Positions 49,931 through 59,244 are shown, counted from the first letter of the stretch. The stretch is DNA of 64,000 bases from Candidatus Omnitrophota bacterium (GCA_044225175.1 JBGAJA010000004.1:145631-209630), one strand, 5' to 3'. Numbers and translations are program-made. The notes: generated by a model not told the origin, from the letters alone.

Positions 49931-50302
49931 TTAAATACGAATGGAACGGGCTTTGATGTACAGCGGAATAAGCGTATAAGGCCCAGGAGGACCATTGATG
50001 TAGAGACTTTTTAAAGTCAAACGATTTGCAGGTAAAAGTTGAATTAAAGCAAATGCAATAAAAGCTAATCCAATAGGCCCTATCCAATGAAAGATTTGAT
50101 TCTTAGCCAATTCCATTGGACTTGCTTTACTAAAACAGCATTCTTTGATGGGGGAAGCTTTTCCATCTTTAGAGGCGCAATGAGAACATATTGGTTTAGA
50201 GGCTTGAATTTGGTTCTTAATTACACAACAGCACAATACATTGGCGATGATAAAAATCAAGCCGGTTAGAACCAAAAATGAGTTTTTTAAAGGTTGCTTC
50301 AT
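49931..50302 (-). CDS. small 2-TM membrane protein with a Cys-rich loop (CCC…CSHC…ECC), putative metal-binding
   Basis: It reads MKQPLKNSFLVLTGLIFIIANVLCCCVIKNQIQASKPICSHCASKDGKASPIKECCF, then a second TM helix. It lies directly upstream of cusBA on the same strand. Confidence 0.35.
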   Translation of the reverse strand: MKQPLKNSFLVLTGLIFIIANVLCCCVIKNQIQASKPICSHCASKDGKASPIKECCFSKASPMELAKNQIFHWIGPIGLAFIAFALIQLLPANRLTLKSLYINGPPGPYTLIPLYIKARSIRI

Positions 50303-50349
50303 ATATCAATTATACCATTCAAATTATCTATTGTCAGACTGGCTTTAGC

Positions 50350-52947
50350 TTAGAAATTCGCATCATTCGAATAATTATCATAATCCGATGCTCTACACAT
50401 TCCATCACTATCACCTGAAGACATATCCGTACACATACCCCCCTCTTTCACTGGAGGGCCTGGATCATAGATACAAGTCAAGCATTTCCAATCAGTCCAA
50501 TGGTCACCAGCCCATGTATTCTCAGGGCATGCATTCATACAATGATTATCATCCACAACTGGATCATAATCACATTTTTCACACTTGGCTTGTTGACAAA
50601 AATCAGCCCTAGTCCCATCTAAAGTTCTACAGCAAGAGTATTTTTCAGGATCTTGGGCAAAATATTGTATACAGTGATTATCATGGCATTCATATATATA
50701 ACAAGGATCCGCAGGGCAATCGGTAGCGACATTACATGTATCTCCAGTATCAGACCCCGTTCCTGTACCTGTTCCTGATCCAGTGGCACTTCCTGTAGAG
50801 GAACCTGTGGAACTACCGGTGGATGAACCTGTCGAACTTCCCGTCGAAGAACCAGTTGAGCTTCCGGTCGATGATCCAGTTGAACTTCCCGTAGATGAGC
50901 CTGTTGAGCTTCCCGTAGATGATCCAGTTGAACTTCCGGTAGATGATCCTGTTGAACTTCCCGTAGATGAGCCTGTTGAACTTCCGGTAGATGATCCAGT
51001 TGAACTTCCCGTAGATGAGCCTGTTGAACTTCCGGTAGATGATCCAGTTGAACTTCCCGTAGATGAGCCTGTTGAGCTTCCAGTAGATGAGCCAGTTGAA
51101 CTTCCCGTAGATGAGCCTGTTGAGCTTCCGGTCGATGATCCAGTTGAACTTCCCGTAGATGAGCCTGTTGAGCTTCCTGTAGATGATCCAGTTGAGCTTC
51201 CAGTAGATGAGCCAGTTGAACTTCCCGTAGATGAGCCTGTTGAGCTTCCTGTAGATGATCCAGTTGAGCTTCCCGTAGATGATCCAGTTGAACTTCCGGT
51301 AGATGATCCAGTCGAGCTTCCCGTAGATGATCCAGTCGAACTTCCAGTCGATGATCCAGTTGAACTTCCGGTAGATGATCCAGTTGAACTTCCGGTAGAT
51401 GATCCAGTTGAACTTCCGGTAGATGATCCAGTTGAACTTCCAGTCGAGGAACCAGTCGAACTTCCAGTCGATGATCCTGTCGCAGTTCCTGAACCACAAG
51501 GTGTGCATTGATGAAGAACACAGCAGAAGTCATCTGCACAGTCTCCTTCATCTATACAAGATTCCTCACCATCACCAGTTGAGCCGCTGTCAGACATATT
51601 TCCCGTGGAACTACCGGTAGATGATCCTGTCGAACTTCCCGTCGAGGAACCAGTTGAGCTGCCTGTAGAGGAACCCGTCGAACTTCCCGTTGAAGAGCCG
51701 GTTGAGCTACCCGTAGATGATCCGGTAGAACTTCCTGTCGAAGATCCAGTTGAACTTCCGGTGGATGATCCTGTCGAACTACCAGTCGATGATCCTGTTG
51801 AACTACCAGTCGATGATCCTGTCGAACTTCCCGTCGAGGAACCAGTTGAACTACCTGTAGAAGAACCGGTTGAACTTCCTGTTGAGGAACCGGTTGAGCT
51901 TCCAGTGGCTGAACCGTCTGAATCATCCGTAGAACTGCCCGTTGATGATCCCGTTGAATCCCCCGTAGACGTACCCGTTGATGATCCCGTCGAACTTCCC
52001 GTCGAGGAACCAGTTGAACTGCCAGTAGATGAACCAGTTGAACTTCCCGTAGATGATCCTGTTGAGCTACCCGTAGATGATCCCGTTGAACTTCCCGTGG
52101 ATGATCCGGTTGAACTTCCCGTAGATGATCCCGTTGAACTTCCCGTAGATGAACCTGTTGAACTTCCTGTGGGTGAACCTGTTGAACTTCCTGTGGAGGA
52201 ACCTGTTGATGTACCAGTCGAACTTCCCGTAGATGATCCCGTTGAACTTCCGGTCGATGATCCTGTTGAACTTCCGGTCGATGATCCTGTCGAACTACCT
52301 GTCGATGAACCTGTTGAGCTACCCGTAGATGATCCCGTTGAACTTCCAGTTGATGAACCAGTCGAACTTCCCGTCGAGGAACCAGTCGAACTTCCAGTTC
52401 CTGTTCCAGTACCGGTTCCAGTTCCCCCTCCACTATCAGCTGGCATTCCACACGTATAAAGAAGTGAGGTAAACGATCCTGGGCAAGTCGCACCAGGCAC
52501 CCCTCCTCGACAATAAGGATTGGGCGGGATAGCAGCATCATTCGTATAATAGATTGGGATATTTCCAGGATTAAGCGGTTTATCCAAATCCACAATCATG
52601 GTAAAGCCTCCACCACCCTGTCTTTGAGCAAAACAAACATTGCTATTGGAACTGTTGGTTGGACAGCATCTATAAACCAAACCATTATTTGGCGTAATAT
52701 TTAAATTAAGGCTCTTGTTAATGCCCACAACATCTGCCCCACCTCCGGAAAAAGGATAATATTTTCCATGGGCCTGTTTATAGTTAAGCTGTGAGTTTTT
52801 AATGGCAATCAGATTACGCAGGGCATCTGTAGAAACGGATCGTTCATAAGTTTTGGTGAAATTGACTAAAGCGGAAGAAGCTAAAATACCTAAAACCAAC
52901 ATTGAAACAAGGACTTCAATTGTAGTAAAGGAAGGTGATTTTCTCAT
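50350..52947 (-). CDS. giant type IV pilin/pseudopilin-like protein with two (SSTG)n mucin-like repeat blocks and Cys-knot modules (865 aa)
   Basis: The N-terminus is MRKSPS|FTTIEVLVSMLVLGILASSALVNF, a prepilin-type methylation motif with Glu at +5. An ~140-aa Cys-containing head follows (YRCCPTNSS, VCFAQRQGGGG, PYCRGG…CPG…YTCGMPA). Next come (SSTG)n, the CIDEGDCADDFCCVLHQCTPCGSG knot, a second (SSTG)n and a Cys-rich C-terminal domain. Confidence 0.6.
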   Translation of the reverse strand: MRKSPSFTTIEVLVSMLVLGILASSALVNFTKTYERSVSTDALRNLIAIKNSQLNYKQAHGKYYPFSGGGADVVGINKSLNLNITPNNGLVYRCCPTNSSNSNVCFAQRQGGGGFTMIVDLDKPLNPGNIPIYYTNDAAIPPNPYCRGGVPGATCPGSFTSLLYTCGMPADSGGGTGTGTGTGTGSSTGSSTGSSTGSSTGSSTGSSTGSSTGSSTGSSTGSSTGSSTGSSTGSSTGSSTGSSTGTSTGSSTGSSTGSPTGSSTGSSTGSSTGSSTGSSTGSSTGSSTGSSTGSSTGSSTGSSTGSSTGSSTGSSTGSSTGSSTGTSTGDSTGSSTGSSTDDSDGSATGSSTGSSTGSSTGSSTGSSTGSSTGSSTGSSTGSSTGSSTGSSTGSSTGSSTGSSTGSSTGSSTGSSTGSSTGSSTGSSTGSSTGSSTGSSTGSSTGSSTGNMSDSGSTGDGEESCIDEGDCADDFCCVLHQCTPCGSGTATGSSTGSSTGSSTGSSTGSSTGSSTGSSTGSSTGSSTGSSTGSSTGSSTGSSTGSSTGSSTGSSTGSSTGSSTGSSTGSSTGSSTGSSTGSSTGSSTGSSTGSSTGSSTGSSTGSSTGSSTGSSTGSSTGSSTGSSTGSSTGSSTGSSTGSSTGSSTGSSTGSSTGSSTGSSTGSSTGSSTGSSTGSSTGSSTGSSTGSSTGSSTGSSTGSSTGSSTGSSTGSSTGSSTGSATGSGTGTGTGSDTGDTCNVATDCPADPCYIYECHDNHCIQYFAQDPEKYSCCRTLDGTRADFCQQAKCEKCDYDPVVDDNHCMNACPENTWAGDHWTDWKCLTCIYDPGPPVKEGGMCTDMSSGDSDGMCRASDYDNYSNDANF
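50765..51490. repeat. imperfect 24-nt tandem repeat array encoding (SSTG)n, block 2 of the 865-aa gene
   Basis: The unit is agtagatgagcctgttgaacttcc / ggtagatgatccagttgaacttcc, alternating about 30 times. Confidence 0.8.
51600..52428. repeat. imperfect 12/24-nt tandem repeat array encoding (SSTG)n, block 1 of the 865-aa gene
   Basis: The plus strand reads gatgatcc[ag]gttgaacttcc[cg]gta… with periodicity. Several frames on both strands stay open across it. Confidence 0.8.
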
Positions 52948-52955
52948 GTTTTAAA

Positions 52956-55316
52956 TTATAAACAATAGTTACAACCACTTACACTTGGACAAGAGGGAGC
53001 AGGATCATCCCCCCCTTCAATTAACGTACAGTCACCCCAACCAGCTGCACCAGAGCAACATTTATACACACCTTCATCAACATCAATACACGTAGTTACA
53101 GGTAAATCGCAATTAGGGTCTGCAGTATGTACACAAGATGTTATACAGCATAACTCTGATATGTGAGGAATAATAGCAAAAAAGGCACAATCTCCGGATC
53201 CGCTTCCAGTCCCAGTCCCCGTTCCCGAACCACTTCCGGTCCCTGTACCTGTTCCCGTACCACTACCTGATCCTGTGCCAGTGCCTGTCCCATCTCCTAC
53301 GTTTTGGCACTTGCCTGCATTGCAATACTGAGTTGCTGCATCACAACAGAAATCTGACGTGGTCGCACAACTGTTCGTAGAGCAGCCTCCACAATTATTT
53401 ATGTCTGTATCAGGATTAATATACATACACGTCTGATCAGGCTGACAACAGCCACCTGAACATTCATAACCAGGGTCTCCACAAACTGCTGGATCATCAC
53501 CGGTCCCCGTTCCTGAGCCTGTTCCCGTCCCGCTTCCTCCATCCCAAGGATCATTTTTACAGTGTCCTGTAATAGCCATATTTTTATTAATTTCAATAAA
53601 TATCAAAGGACTTGTGCTTACGTAATCCCCCGTCCATGTAACGAACCTAGCCCATGGTTTAGCCAGGACTGCAATAATATCTCCAAAATTATAGGATGAC
53701 TGTCCATGACTACTATTGCCATTGACAGCTATAACAGAAGCAAAATCACAATTATCATTATTGACAATCAAAGAATAATTGCTTCCAGTAGCAGTACCTG
53801 TCGAACTCCCCGTCGAGGAACCAGTCGAACTGCCTGTAGATGAGCCCGTTGAACTGCCTGTCGATGATCCTGTTGAACTGCCAGTAGATGATCCTGTTGA
53901 GCTTCCGGTAGATGAACCTGTTGAGCTTCCCGTAGATGACCCAGTTGAACTACCTGTCGATGATCCTGTTGAACTGCCAGTAGATGATCCTGTTGAGCTT
54001 CCGGTAGATGACCCAGTTGAACTACCTGTCGATGATCCTGTCGAACTTCCTGTAGAAGATCCGGTGGCGCTGCCTGTGGATGAACCTGTACCTGATCCGC
54101 AAACAGGGGTACAGAAATGCATGTTACAACAATAATCGTCGTCACAATCATCATCGTCTTCGCAAAACAAATTAGTGTTTGTGGAACCACTTTCATTGTG
54201 ATTTCCAGTTGCTGATCCTGTAGAACTTCCAGTCGAAGACCCTGTTGAACTGCCTGTAGATGACCCGGTTGAGCTTCCCGTAGATGACCCAGTTGAACTG
54301 CCTGTAGATGACCCGGTTGAGCTTCCCGTAGATGACCCAGTTGAACTGCCTGTAGATGACCCGGTTGAGCTTCCCGTAGATGACCCAGTCGAACTGCCTG
54401 TAGATGACCCGGTTGAGCTTCCCGTAGATGACCCAGTTGAACTGCCTGTAGATGACCCGGTTGAGCTTCCCGTAGATGACCCGGTTGAGCTTCCCGTAGA
54501 TGACCCGGTTGAGCTCCCCGTAGATGACCCAGTCGAACTGCCTGTAGATGACCCAGTTGAACTGCCTGTAGATGACCCAGTTGAACTGCCTGTAGATGAC
54601 CCGGTTGAGCTTCCCGTAGATGACCCAGTTGAACTGCCTGTAGATGAGCCGGTGGAACTTCCAGTGGATGAGCCTGTAGAACTTCCGGTTGATGACCCTG
54701 TCGAACTACCCGTCGAAGATCCTGTTGAACTGCCTGTGGATGAACCAGTCGAACTACCTGTAGATGACCCGGTTGAACTTCCCGTTCCAGTTCCAGTCCC
54801 TGTTCCACCCCCTCCAGCAGGCATTCCACAAGTATAGACAGAGGTAATATAATTCCCAGGACAAACCGCCCCACTCTGTCCCCCTCGGCAATAGGGATTA
54901 TGAGTCCCATCAAAATACACAGGCACATTTCCAGGATTAAGAGGAGCATCCAGGTCCAAAATCATACTAAAAGCCCCAACTCCTTGCCTCTGGGCGTAAC
55001 ACACATTATTATTAGCACTGTTCGAGGGACAACATTTATATTTTAATCCATTACTGGGTGTAATGTTTAATCCAAGGTTTTTATTAATATCCGCGATACT
55101 CGCATCTGCTGATCCAGAAGAAGAATAATATTTTCCATGAGACTGCAAATAGCTAAGCTGAGCGCTCTTAATGGCCATTAAATTATGCATAGCATCACGG
55201 CCAACAGTTTTTTCAAATGTTCTTAGGAAGTTAGGAAGGGCAATAGAGACCAAAATCCCTAAAATAAGGATTGTTATGAGGATTTCAATGATGGTAAAAG
55301 AAGGTGTTCTTTTCAT
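52956..55316 (-). CDS. giant type IV pilin/pseudopilin-like protein with (SSTG)n repeats, a Cys knot and an NNCGxC-type Cys-rich C-terminus (786 aa)
   Basis: The N-terminus is MKRTPS|FTIIEILITILILGILVSIALPNF. The head has YKCCPSNS, VCYAQRQG and PYCRGG…CPG…YTCGMPA, paralogous to the downstream gene. It continues with (SSTG)n, CEDDDDCDDDYCCNMHFCTPVCGSG, (SSTG)n and a ~110-aa domain. The tail is CGDPGYECSGGCCQPDQTCMYINPDTDINNCGGCSTNSC…GKCQ, then a Gly/Thr linker and a final Cys-rich segment. Confidence 0.6.
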   Translation of the reverse strand: MKRTPSFTIIEILITILILGILVSIALPNFLRTFEKTVGRDAMHNLMAIKSAQLSYLQSHGKYYSSSGSADASIADINKNLGLNITPSNGLKYKCCPSNSANNNVCYAQRQGVGAFSMILDLDAPLNPGNVPVYFDGTHNPYCRGGQSGAVCPGNYITSVYTCGMPAGGGGTGTGTGTGSSTGSSTGSSTGSSTGSSTGSSTGSSTGSSTGSSTGSSTGSSTGSSTGSSTGSSTGSSTGSSTGSSTGSSTGSSTGSSTGSSTGSSTGSSTGSSTGSSTGSSTGSSTGSSTGSSTGSSTGSSTGSSTGSSTGSSTGSSTGSSTGSSTGSSTGSSTGSSTGSSTGSSTGSSTGSSTGSSTGSSTGSSTGSATGNHNESGSTNTNLFCEDDDDCDDDYCCNMHFCTPVCGSGTGSSTGSATGSSTGSSTGSSTGSSTGSSTGSSTGSSTGSSTGSSTGSSTGSSTGSSTGSSTGSSTGSSTGSSTGSSTGSSTGSSTGSSTGSSTGSSTGTATGSNYSLIVNNDNCDFASVIAVNGNSSHGQSSYNFGDIIAVLAKPWARFVTWTGDYVSTSPLIFIEINKNMAITGHCKNDPWDGGSGTGTGSGTGTGDDPAVCGDPGYECSGGCCQPDQTCMYINPDTDINNCGGCSTNSCATTSDFCCDAATQYCNAGKCQNVGDGTGTGTGSGSGTGTGTGTGSGSGTGTGTGSGSGDCAFFAIIPHISELCCITSCVHTADPNCDLPVTTCIDVDEGVYKCCSGAAGWGDCTLIEGGDDPAPSCPSVSGCNYCL
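53785..54097. repeat. 24-nt tandem repeat array encoding (SSTG)n, block 2 of the 786-aa gene
   Basis: It has the same periodicity and about 13 units. Confidence 0.75.
54205..54815. repeat. 24-nt tandem repeat array encoding (SSTG)n, block 1 of the 786-aa gene
   Basis: The unit is cgtagatgacccagttgaactgcc / tgtagatgacccggttgagcttcc. Codon choice differs from the repeats of the neighbouring gene. Confidence 0.8.
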
Positions 55317-55437
55317 AATTCTTATTTAAAGTATACCCTAAATTTTCAAATTAGACATATAAAATACTGCCTTGCTTGGGGATTTAATTTTCTTTTCTTG
55401 TTTTTTGAAATTAAGTTTTTATAATTAAAATCACTCT

Positions 55438-56589
55438 ATGTTTAATGAGAATGATCCCCTTAATTTTTCCCAAAAATCCCCTGAAAATACAGGCCATGGC
55501 CTTCCCAATATCCTTGTTCCTAAGCAAATTACAACCGCAACTCCTTTAGAAGAAATCCTGGCTTTTGCACGAAAAGAAAATGCCAGCGATGTCCATATAG
55601 TCCCTAATAACCCCGTTATTTTTAGAAAATTTGGCCATCTTGTCAATATGACAACTGATGTCCTGTCAGACAAACAAATCCGTTATATGTTAATTAAATG
55701 CCTGCCTACCAAAGTTATCGAAACATTTGATACAACAGGCGACATAGAATATGTTCATACAATTACAGGATACGGTCGTTTTCGCATGACCATTGTAAAA
55801 CAGCGCTTAGGATGGGAGTTAACGGCCCGTTTAATCGTATTGGAGATTCCTAGATTCGCCGCTTCTGGAATGCCCACCCCTTGTACAAGCTTAATCAAAT
55901 GGAGCCAAGGTATTGTATTAATTACAGGACCTGCAGGGGCTGGTAAAACTACGACCTTGGCAACATTGGTTGAAATGATTAACCAGCGTCGCTATGACCA
56001 TATTATTACCCTTGAACAACCCATTGAAATTCTCTATGAACCTGAAAATTGTCAGATTTCCCAAAGGGAGATTTTTCTTCATACGGCCTCACAGGAAAGC
56101 GCCTTGCGCTCTGCCCTACGCGAAGATCCTGATGTCATTGTCGTTGGGGAATTGAAAGACTTAGTTACCACTCAACTTGCTATTATGGCTGCAGAAACCG
56201 GCCACCTAGTATTAGCTACCATGAATACGGTCAATGCTGTCCAAACTATTTCGAGACTTGTAGAGTCCTTCCCTTCCGACGAACAATCAGTTATTCGTAA
56301 TTTAGTATCGGAATCACTGCGAGGGGTTATCTGCCAGCAGTTAGTCCCTAAGAAAAATGGCACCGGTGTCGTTTGTGCTTATGAAATATTATTTAATACA
56401 GTTTCCGTGGCCAATCATATTCGGAAAGGTACAATTGGACAAATTGAGAATGTTATCATAACTAGCAAGGGACTAGGGATGTCTTTGATGAGCCACTCTC
56501 TGCAAAATCTTGTTGCAACGGGAGTTATTGCCGCAGATGAAGCTCGAGAGAGAATCGCTGAAATTGAATCACAAACTAATAAGAATTAA
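55438..56589 (+). CDS. PilT-family type IV pilus retraction-type ATPase, divergent paralog with a degenerate His-box
   Basis: It has a Walker A motif GPAGAGKTTTLA and an Asp-box ITLEQPIEILYE. The Walker B is DVIVVGELKD. The His-box is GHLVLATMNT, where the second His is replaced by Asn. It has AIRNLIRE-like VANHIRKG and an N-terminal ~35-aa extension. Confidence 0.75.
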   Translation: MFNENDPLNFSQKSPENTGHGLPNILVPKQITTATPLEEILAFARKENASDVHIVPNNPVIFRKFGHLVNMTTDVLSDKQIRYMLIKCLPTKVIETFDTTGDIEYVHTITGYGRFRMTIVKQRLGWELTARLIVLEIPRFAASGMPTPCTSLIKWSQGIVLITGPAGAGKTTTLATLVEMINQRRYDHIITLEQPIEILYEPENCQISQREIFLHTASQESALRSALREDPDVIVVGELKDLVTTQLAIMAAETGHLVLATMNTVNAVQTISRLVESFPSDEQSVIRNLVSESLRGVICQQLVPKKNGTGVVCAYEILFNTVSVANHIRKGTIGQIENVIITSKGLGMSLMSHSLQNLVATGVIAADEARERIAEIESQTNKN

Positions 56590-56591
56590 TT

Positions 56592-57635
56592 ATGGCTGGA
56601 ATAGACTACTTTTTTAATATTTTAATTAATAAAAATGGCTCGGATTTGCACCTGGAAGAGGGACAAAAGCCCAAAATCCGTCTTCACGGTCAAATGACTG
56701 AAATCGACAATCAGATTCTAACTAGACAGAATATGATTGAATTGATTGCTAATATTGTCACTAGGAAAGACTGGAGTCATTTTGAAAATAAAGGTGACCT
56801 GGACTTTGCTTATGCTTTTGGAAACCAAGCCCGTTTCAGAGGAAATTTTTATCGACATGTGAAAGGTCTAGGAGCAGTTTTCCGCCTAGTCCCTTCTCGC
56901 ATATTTTCCATGGAAGAACTTGGTCTTCCTGAATGTGTAATTCAATTTCCAAAATGGCGCTCAGGCTTAATTCTTATTACAGGATCAACCGGAAGTGGTA
57001 AATCCACGACATTAGCAACAATCATTGATTATATTAATCAAAATTATGCTTATAAAATCGTAACTATTGAAGATCCTATTGAATTTACTCATCCTAGAAA
57101 AAAATCCATTATATCTCATCGTGAGGTAGGCCATGATACAGCATCCTTCGCCAGTGGTTTACGTGCTGCCATTAAAAGCGATGCAAATATCATTATGGTT
57201 GGTGAAATGCGTGACATAGAAACCATGGAACTAGCATTGAATGCCAGTGAAATGGGTATTTTAGTATTTAGCACTCTGCATACGAGTTCAGCGACTAAGA
57301 CTATTGATCGCATTCTGGATACTTTTCCTAATAATCGAAAAAATCAAATCCGATCCATCTTGGCTAATAATCTTAAAGCAATTCTCACTCAGCAGTTAAT
57401 TCCAAGCATCGACTTAAGCTGCCGATATGCTGCGTTTGAGATTCTCCTTAGAACTCAAGGACTAGCTCATATTATCCAGTCTGGGGAGACCTTCCGTTTA
57501 AACAGCGAAATTCAAACCAATCGCTTTCAAGGAATGGTCCTTATGGATGACTCATTATTAGATTTAGTTCGATCTGGAAAGATCAGCAAAGAAATGGCTC
57601 ATTTAAGAGCAGTTGATAAACAGAAATTTATGTGA
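56592..57635 (+). CDS. pilT: twitching-motility ATPase PilT
   Basis: It has [22 protein letters not shown] and [17 protein letters not shown]. The His-box is [10 protein letters not shown], and the AIRNLIRE equivalent is LAHIIQSGE. The 347-aa length is typical. It starts 3 nt after the upstream paralog. Confidence 0.85.
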   Translation: MAGIDYFFNILINKNGSDLHLEEGQKPKIRLHGQMTEIDNQILTRQNMIELIANIVTRKDWSHFENKGDLDFAYAFGNQARFRGNFYRHVKGLGAVFRLVPSRIFSMEELGLPECVIQFPKWRSGLILITGSTGSGKSTTLATIIDYINQNYAYKIVTIEDPIEFTHPRKKSIISHREVGHDTASFASGLRAAIKSDANIIMVGEMRDIETMELALNASEMGILVFSTLHTSSATKTIDRILDTFPNNRKNQIRSILANNLKAILTQQLIPSIDLSCRYAAFEILLRTQGLAHIIQSGETFRLNSEIQTNRFQGMVLMDDSLLDLVRSGKISKEMAHLRAVDKQKFM

Positions 57636-59244
57636 GACTTGGACCCGCCTTAACCAAATCTTTTCCCTGTGGTGTATCTGTAAAAATCTCAAAGTTCTCA
57701 ATAAACATTGCCCCTAATTTTCGAGCAGCAGCATCATAATCATTTTTGTCAGACCACAGATGACGAGGATTAAGAATATTAGAGTCCATCCCATTAACCT
57801 TCTTTGGAATTTGAAGGTTAAAAATGGGCAATGTTTCAAACTCAGCTTTGTCCAGAGAACCATCTAGAATAGCGTCGATAGCTAAACGATTGTCTTTTAA
57901 AGCAATGCGATGCCCCACGCCATATGGTCCTGCAATCCAGCCCGTATTCAATAAATATGCAGACGCTTGATGCTCTTGCATCTTTCGGGCCAAGATTTGA
58001 GCATATTGGGTCGGATGAACTAATAAAAAAGCTTTTCCAAAACATGCGGAGAACGTTGCTGTTGGTTCTTTGACTCCTAATTCTGTGCCAGCAACCTTGG
58101 CTGTATAACCACTTAAGTAATGATACATAGCCTGTTCTTTTGATAATTTAGAAACAGGCGGCAAAACACCATAAGCATCACAGGCTAAAAAAATAATCTT
58201 GGAAGGATGCCCCCCCTTAGAAATAGGCTTTACTATGTTTTCAATATGATTAATAGCATAAGAAACACGGGTATTCTCAGTCTTTTGCTTGGATGAGAAA
58301 TCTACATTTCCTTCTTTATCTACAACACAATTCTCTAATAAAGCATTTCGACGGATCGCTTGATAAATCTCCGGTTCACGCTCTTTGGTAAGGTCTATAC
58401 ATTTGGCATAACAGCCGCCTTCAAAATTAAAAACACCTTGCTCATCCCATCCATGTTCATCATCACCAATCAATGCACGCTTGGGGTCCGTCGATAAAGT
58501 TGTCTTTCCTGTTCCAGATAATCCAAAGAATAAAGCTGTATCTCCATTTTGACCTTGATTTGCAGAACAATGAAAAGCACCAATCCCCTTTAATGGAAGG
58601 AAATAATTCATGATCGAGAAAATACCTTTTTTGATTTCCCCCCCATACCAAGTGCCTCCAATAACCGTCATTCTCTGGGTCATATTAAATGCAATGTAAA
58701 CTTCTGAATGAAGATTCCACTTTTGATAATCTTTACAACTTGTCTTGCAGGCATTAAGAATGGTCCAGTCTGGCTTAAAATTTTTGATCTCTTCCTCGCT
58801 TGGAACGATAAACATATTCTTAAAAAAATGGGCCATCCACGCAACCTCAGTCACCAAACGGACCGATATTCGCGTATCCTTATTTGCACCGCAAAAACCA
58901 TCCATCACATAAAGTTTTTTACCATTAAGCTGTTCAATGGATATATTTTTTAAGTGGTCCCACGTCTGAGAAGAAATGGGTTTATTATCAGAACCACTGG
59001 CTAAACCATTGGCCCACCAGACTGTATTTTTAGTCTGCTCATCTTCGACGATGTATTTATCTTTAGGAGATCGCCCCGTAAACTTTCCCGTATCCACATT
59101 GACTGCTCCCAATGTAGTAAGGACAGCTTTTTCATACCCCACTAAATTAGGGTTAGTTTCATGCACAAAAAGATCTTCAAATGAAAGGTTATAAAATACT
59201 TGGTCAGGCTGTATAGACAAATCTTTTAGAGCTAGATTTTCCAT
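57628..59244 (-). CDS. pckA: phosphoenolpyruvate carboxykinase (ATP)
   Basis: It has a kinase-1a motif [11 protein letters not shown] and the 538-aa length and motifs of ATP-type PckA. Confidence 0.9.
   Translation of the reverse strand: MENLALKDLSIQPDQVFYNLSFEDLFVHETNPNLVGYEKAVLTTLGAVNVDTGKFTGRSPKDKYIVEDEQTKNTVWWANGLASGSDNKPISSQTWDHLKNISIEQLNGKKLYVMDGFCGANKDTRISVRLVTEVAWMAHFFKNMFIVPSEEEIKNFKPDWTILNACKTSCKDYQKWNLHSEVYIAFNMTQRMTVIGGTWYGGEIKKGIFSIMNYFLPLKGIGAFHCSANQGQNGDTALFFGLSGTGKTTLSTDPKRALIGDDEHGWDEQGVFNFEGGCYAKCIDLTKEREPEIYQAIRRNALLENCVVDKEGNVDFSSKQKTENTRVSYAINHIENIVKPISKGGHPSKIIFLACDAYGVLPPVSKLSKEQAMYHYLSGYTAKVAGTELGVKEPTATFSACFGKAFLLVHPTQYAQILARKMQEHQASAYLLNTGWIAGPYGVGHRIALKDNRLAIDAILDGSLDKAEFETLPIFNLQIPKKVNGMDSNILNPRHLWSDKNDYDAAARKLGAMFIENFEIFTDTPQGKDLVKAGPSLT

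Noticed and set aside
50619-52595. Long ORFs in alternative frames and strands inside the 865-aa gene's repeats (50619..51551 -, 50783..51511 +, 50813..51508 -, 51552..52595 -, 51605..52459 +)
   Set aside because: They are confined to the 24-nt tandem repeat arrays and have no start context. They encode low-complexity PVELPVDE / LEVQLDH / WKFNWIIY strings. Only the (SSTG)n frame connects the pilin-like N-terminus to the Cys-rich C-terminus as one 2.6-kb ORF.
50765-54815. A CRISPR array suggested by regular short direct repeats
   Set aside because: The units are contiguous (12/24 nt) with no unique spacers and lie inside a protein-coding frame. No cas genes are present.
53768-54949. ORFs 53768..54949 (-), 53779..54135 (+), 54652..54837 (+) and 53399..53596 (-) inside the 786-aa gene
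   Set aside because: They are the same repeat-driven open frames as in the 865-aa gene and are nested in a longer, architecture-consistent ORF.
55317-55437. A sigma54 (-24 GG / -12 GC) promoter for the pilin genes in the divergent intergenic region
   Set aside because: No TGGCAC-N5-TTGC-like element is found on either strand. Only AT-rich -10-like hexamers are present.
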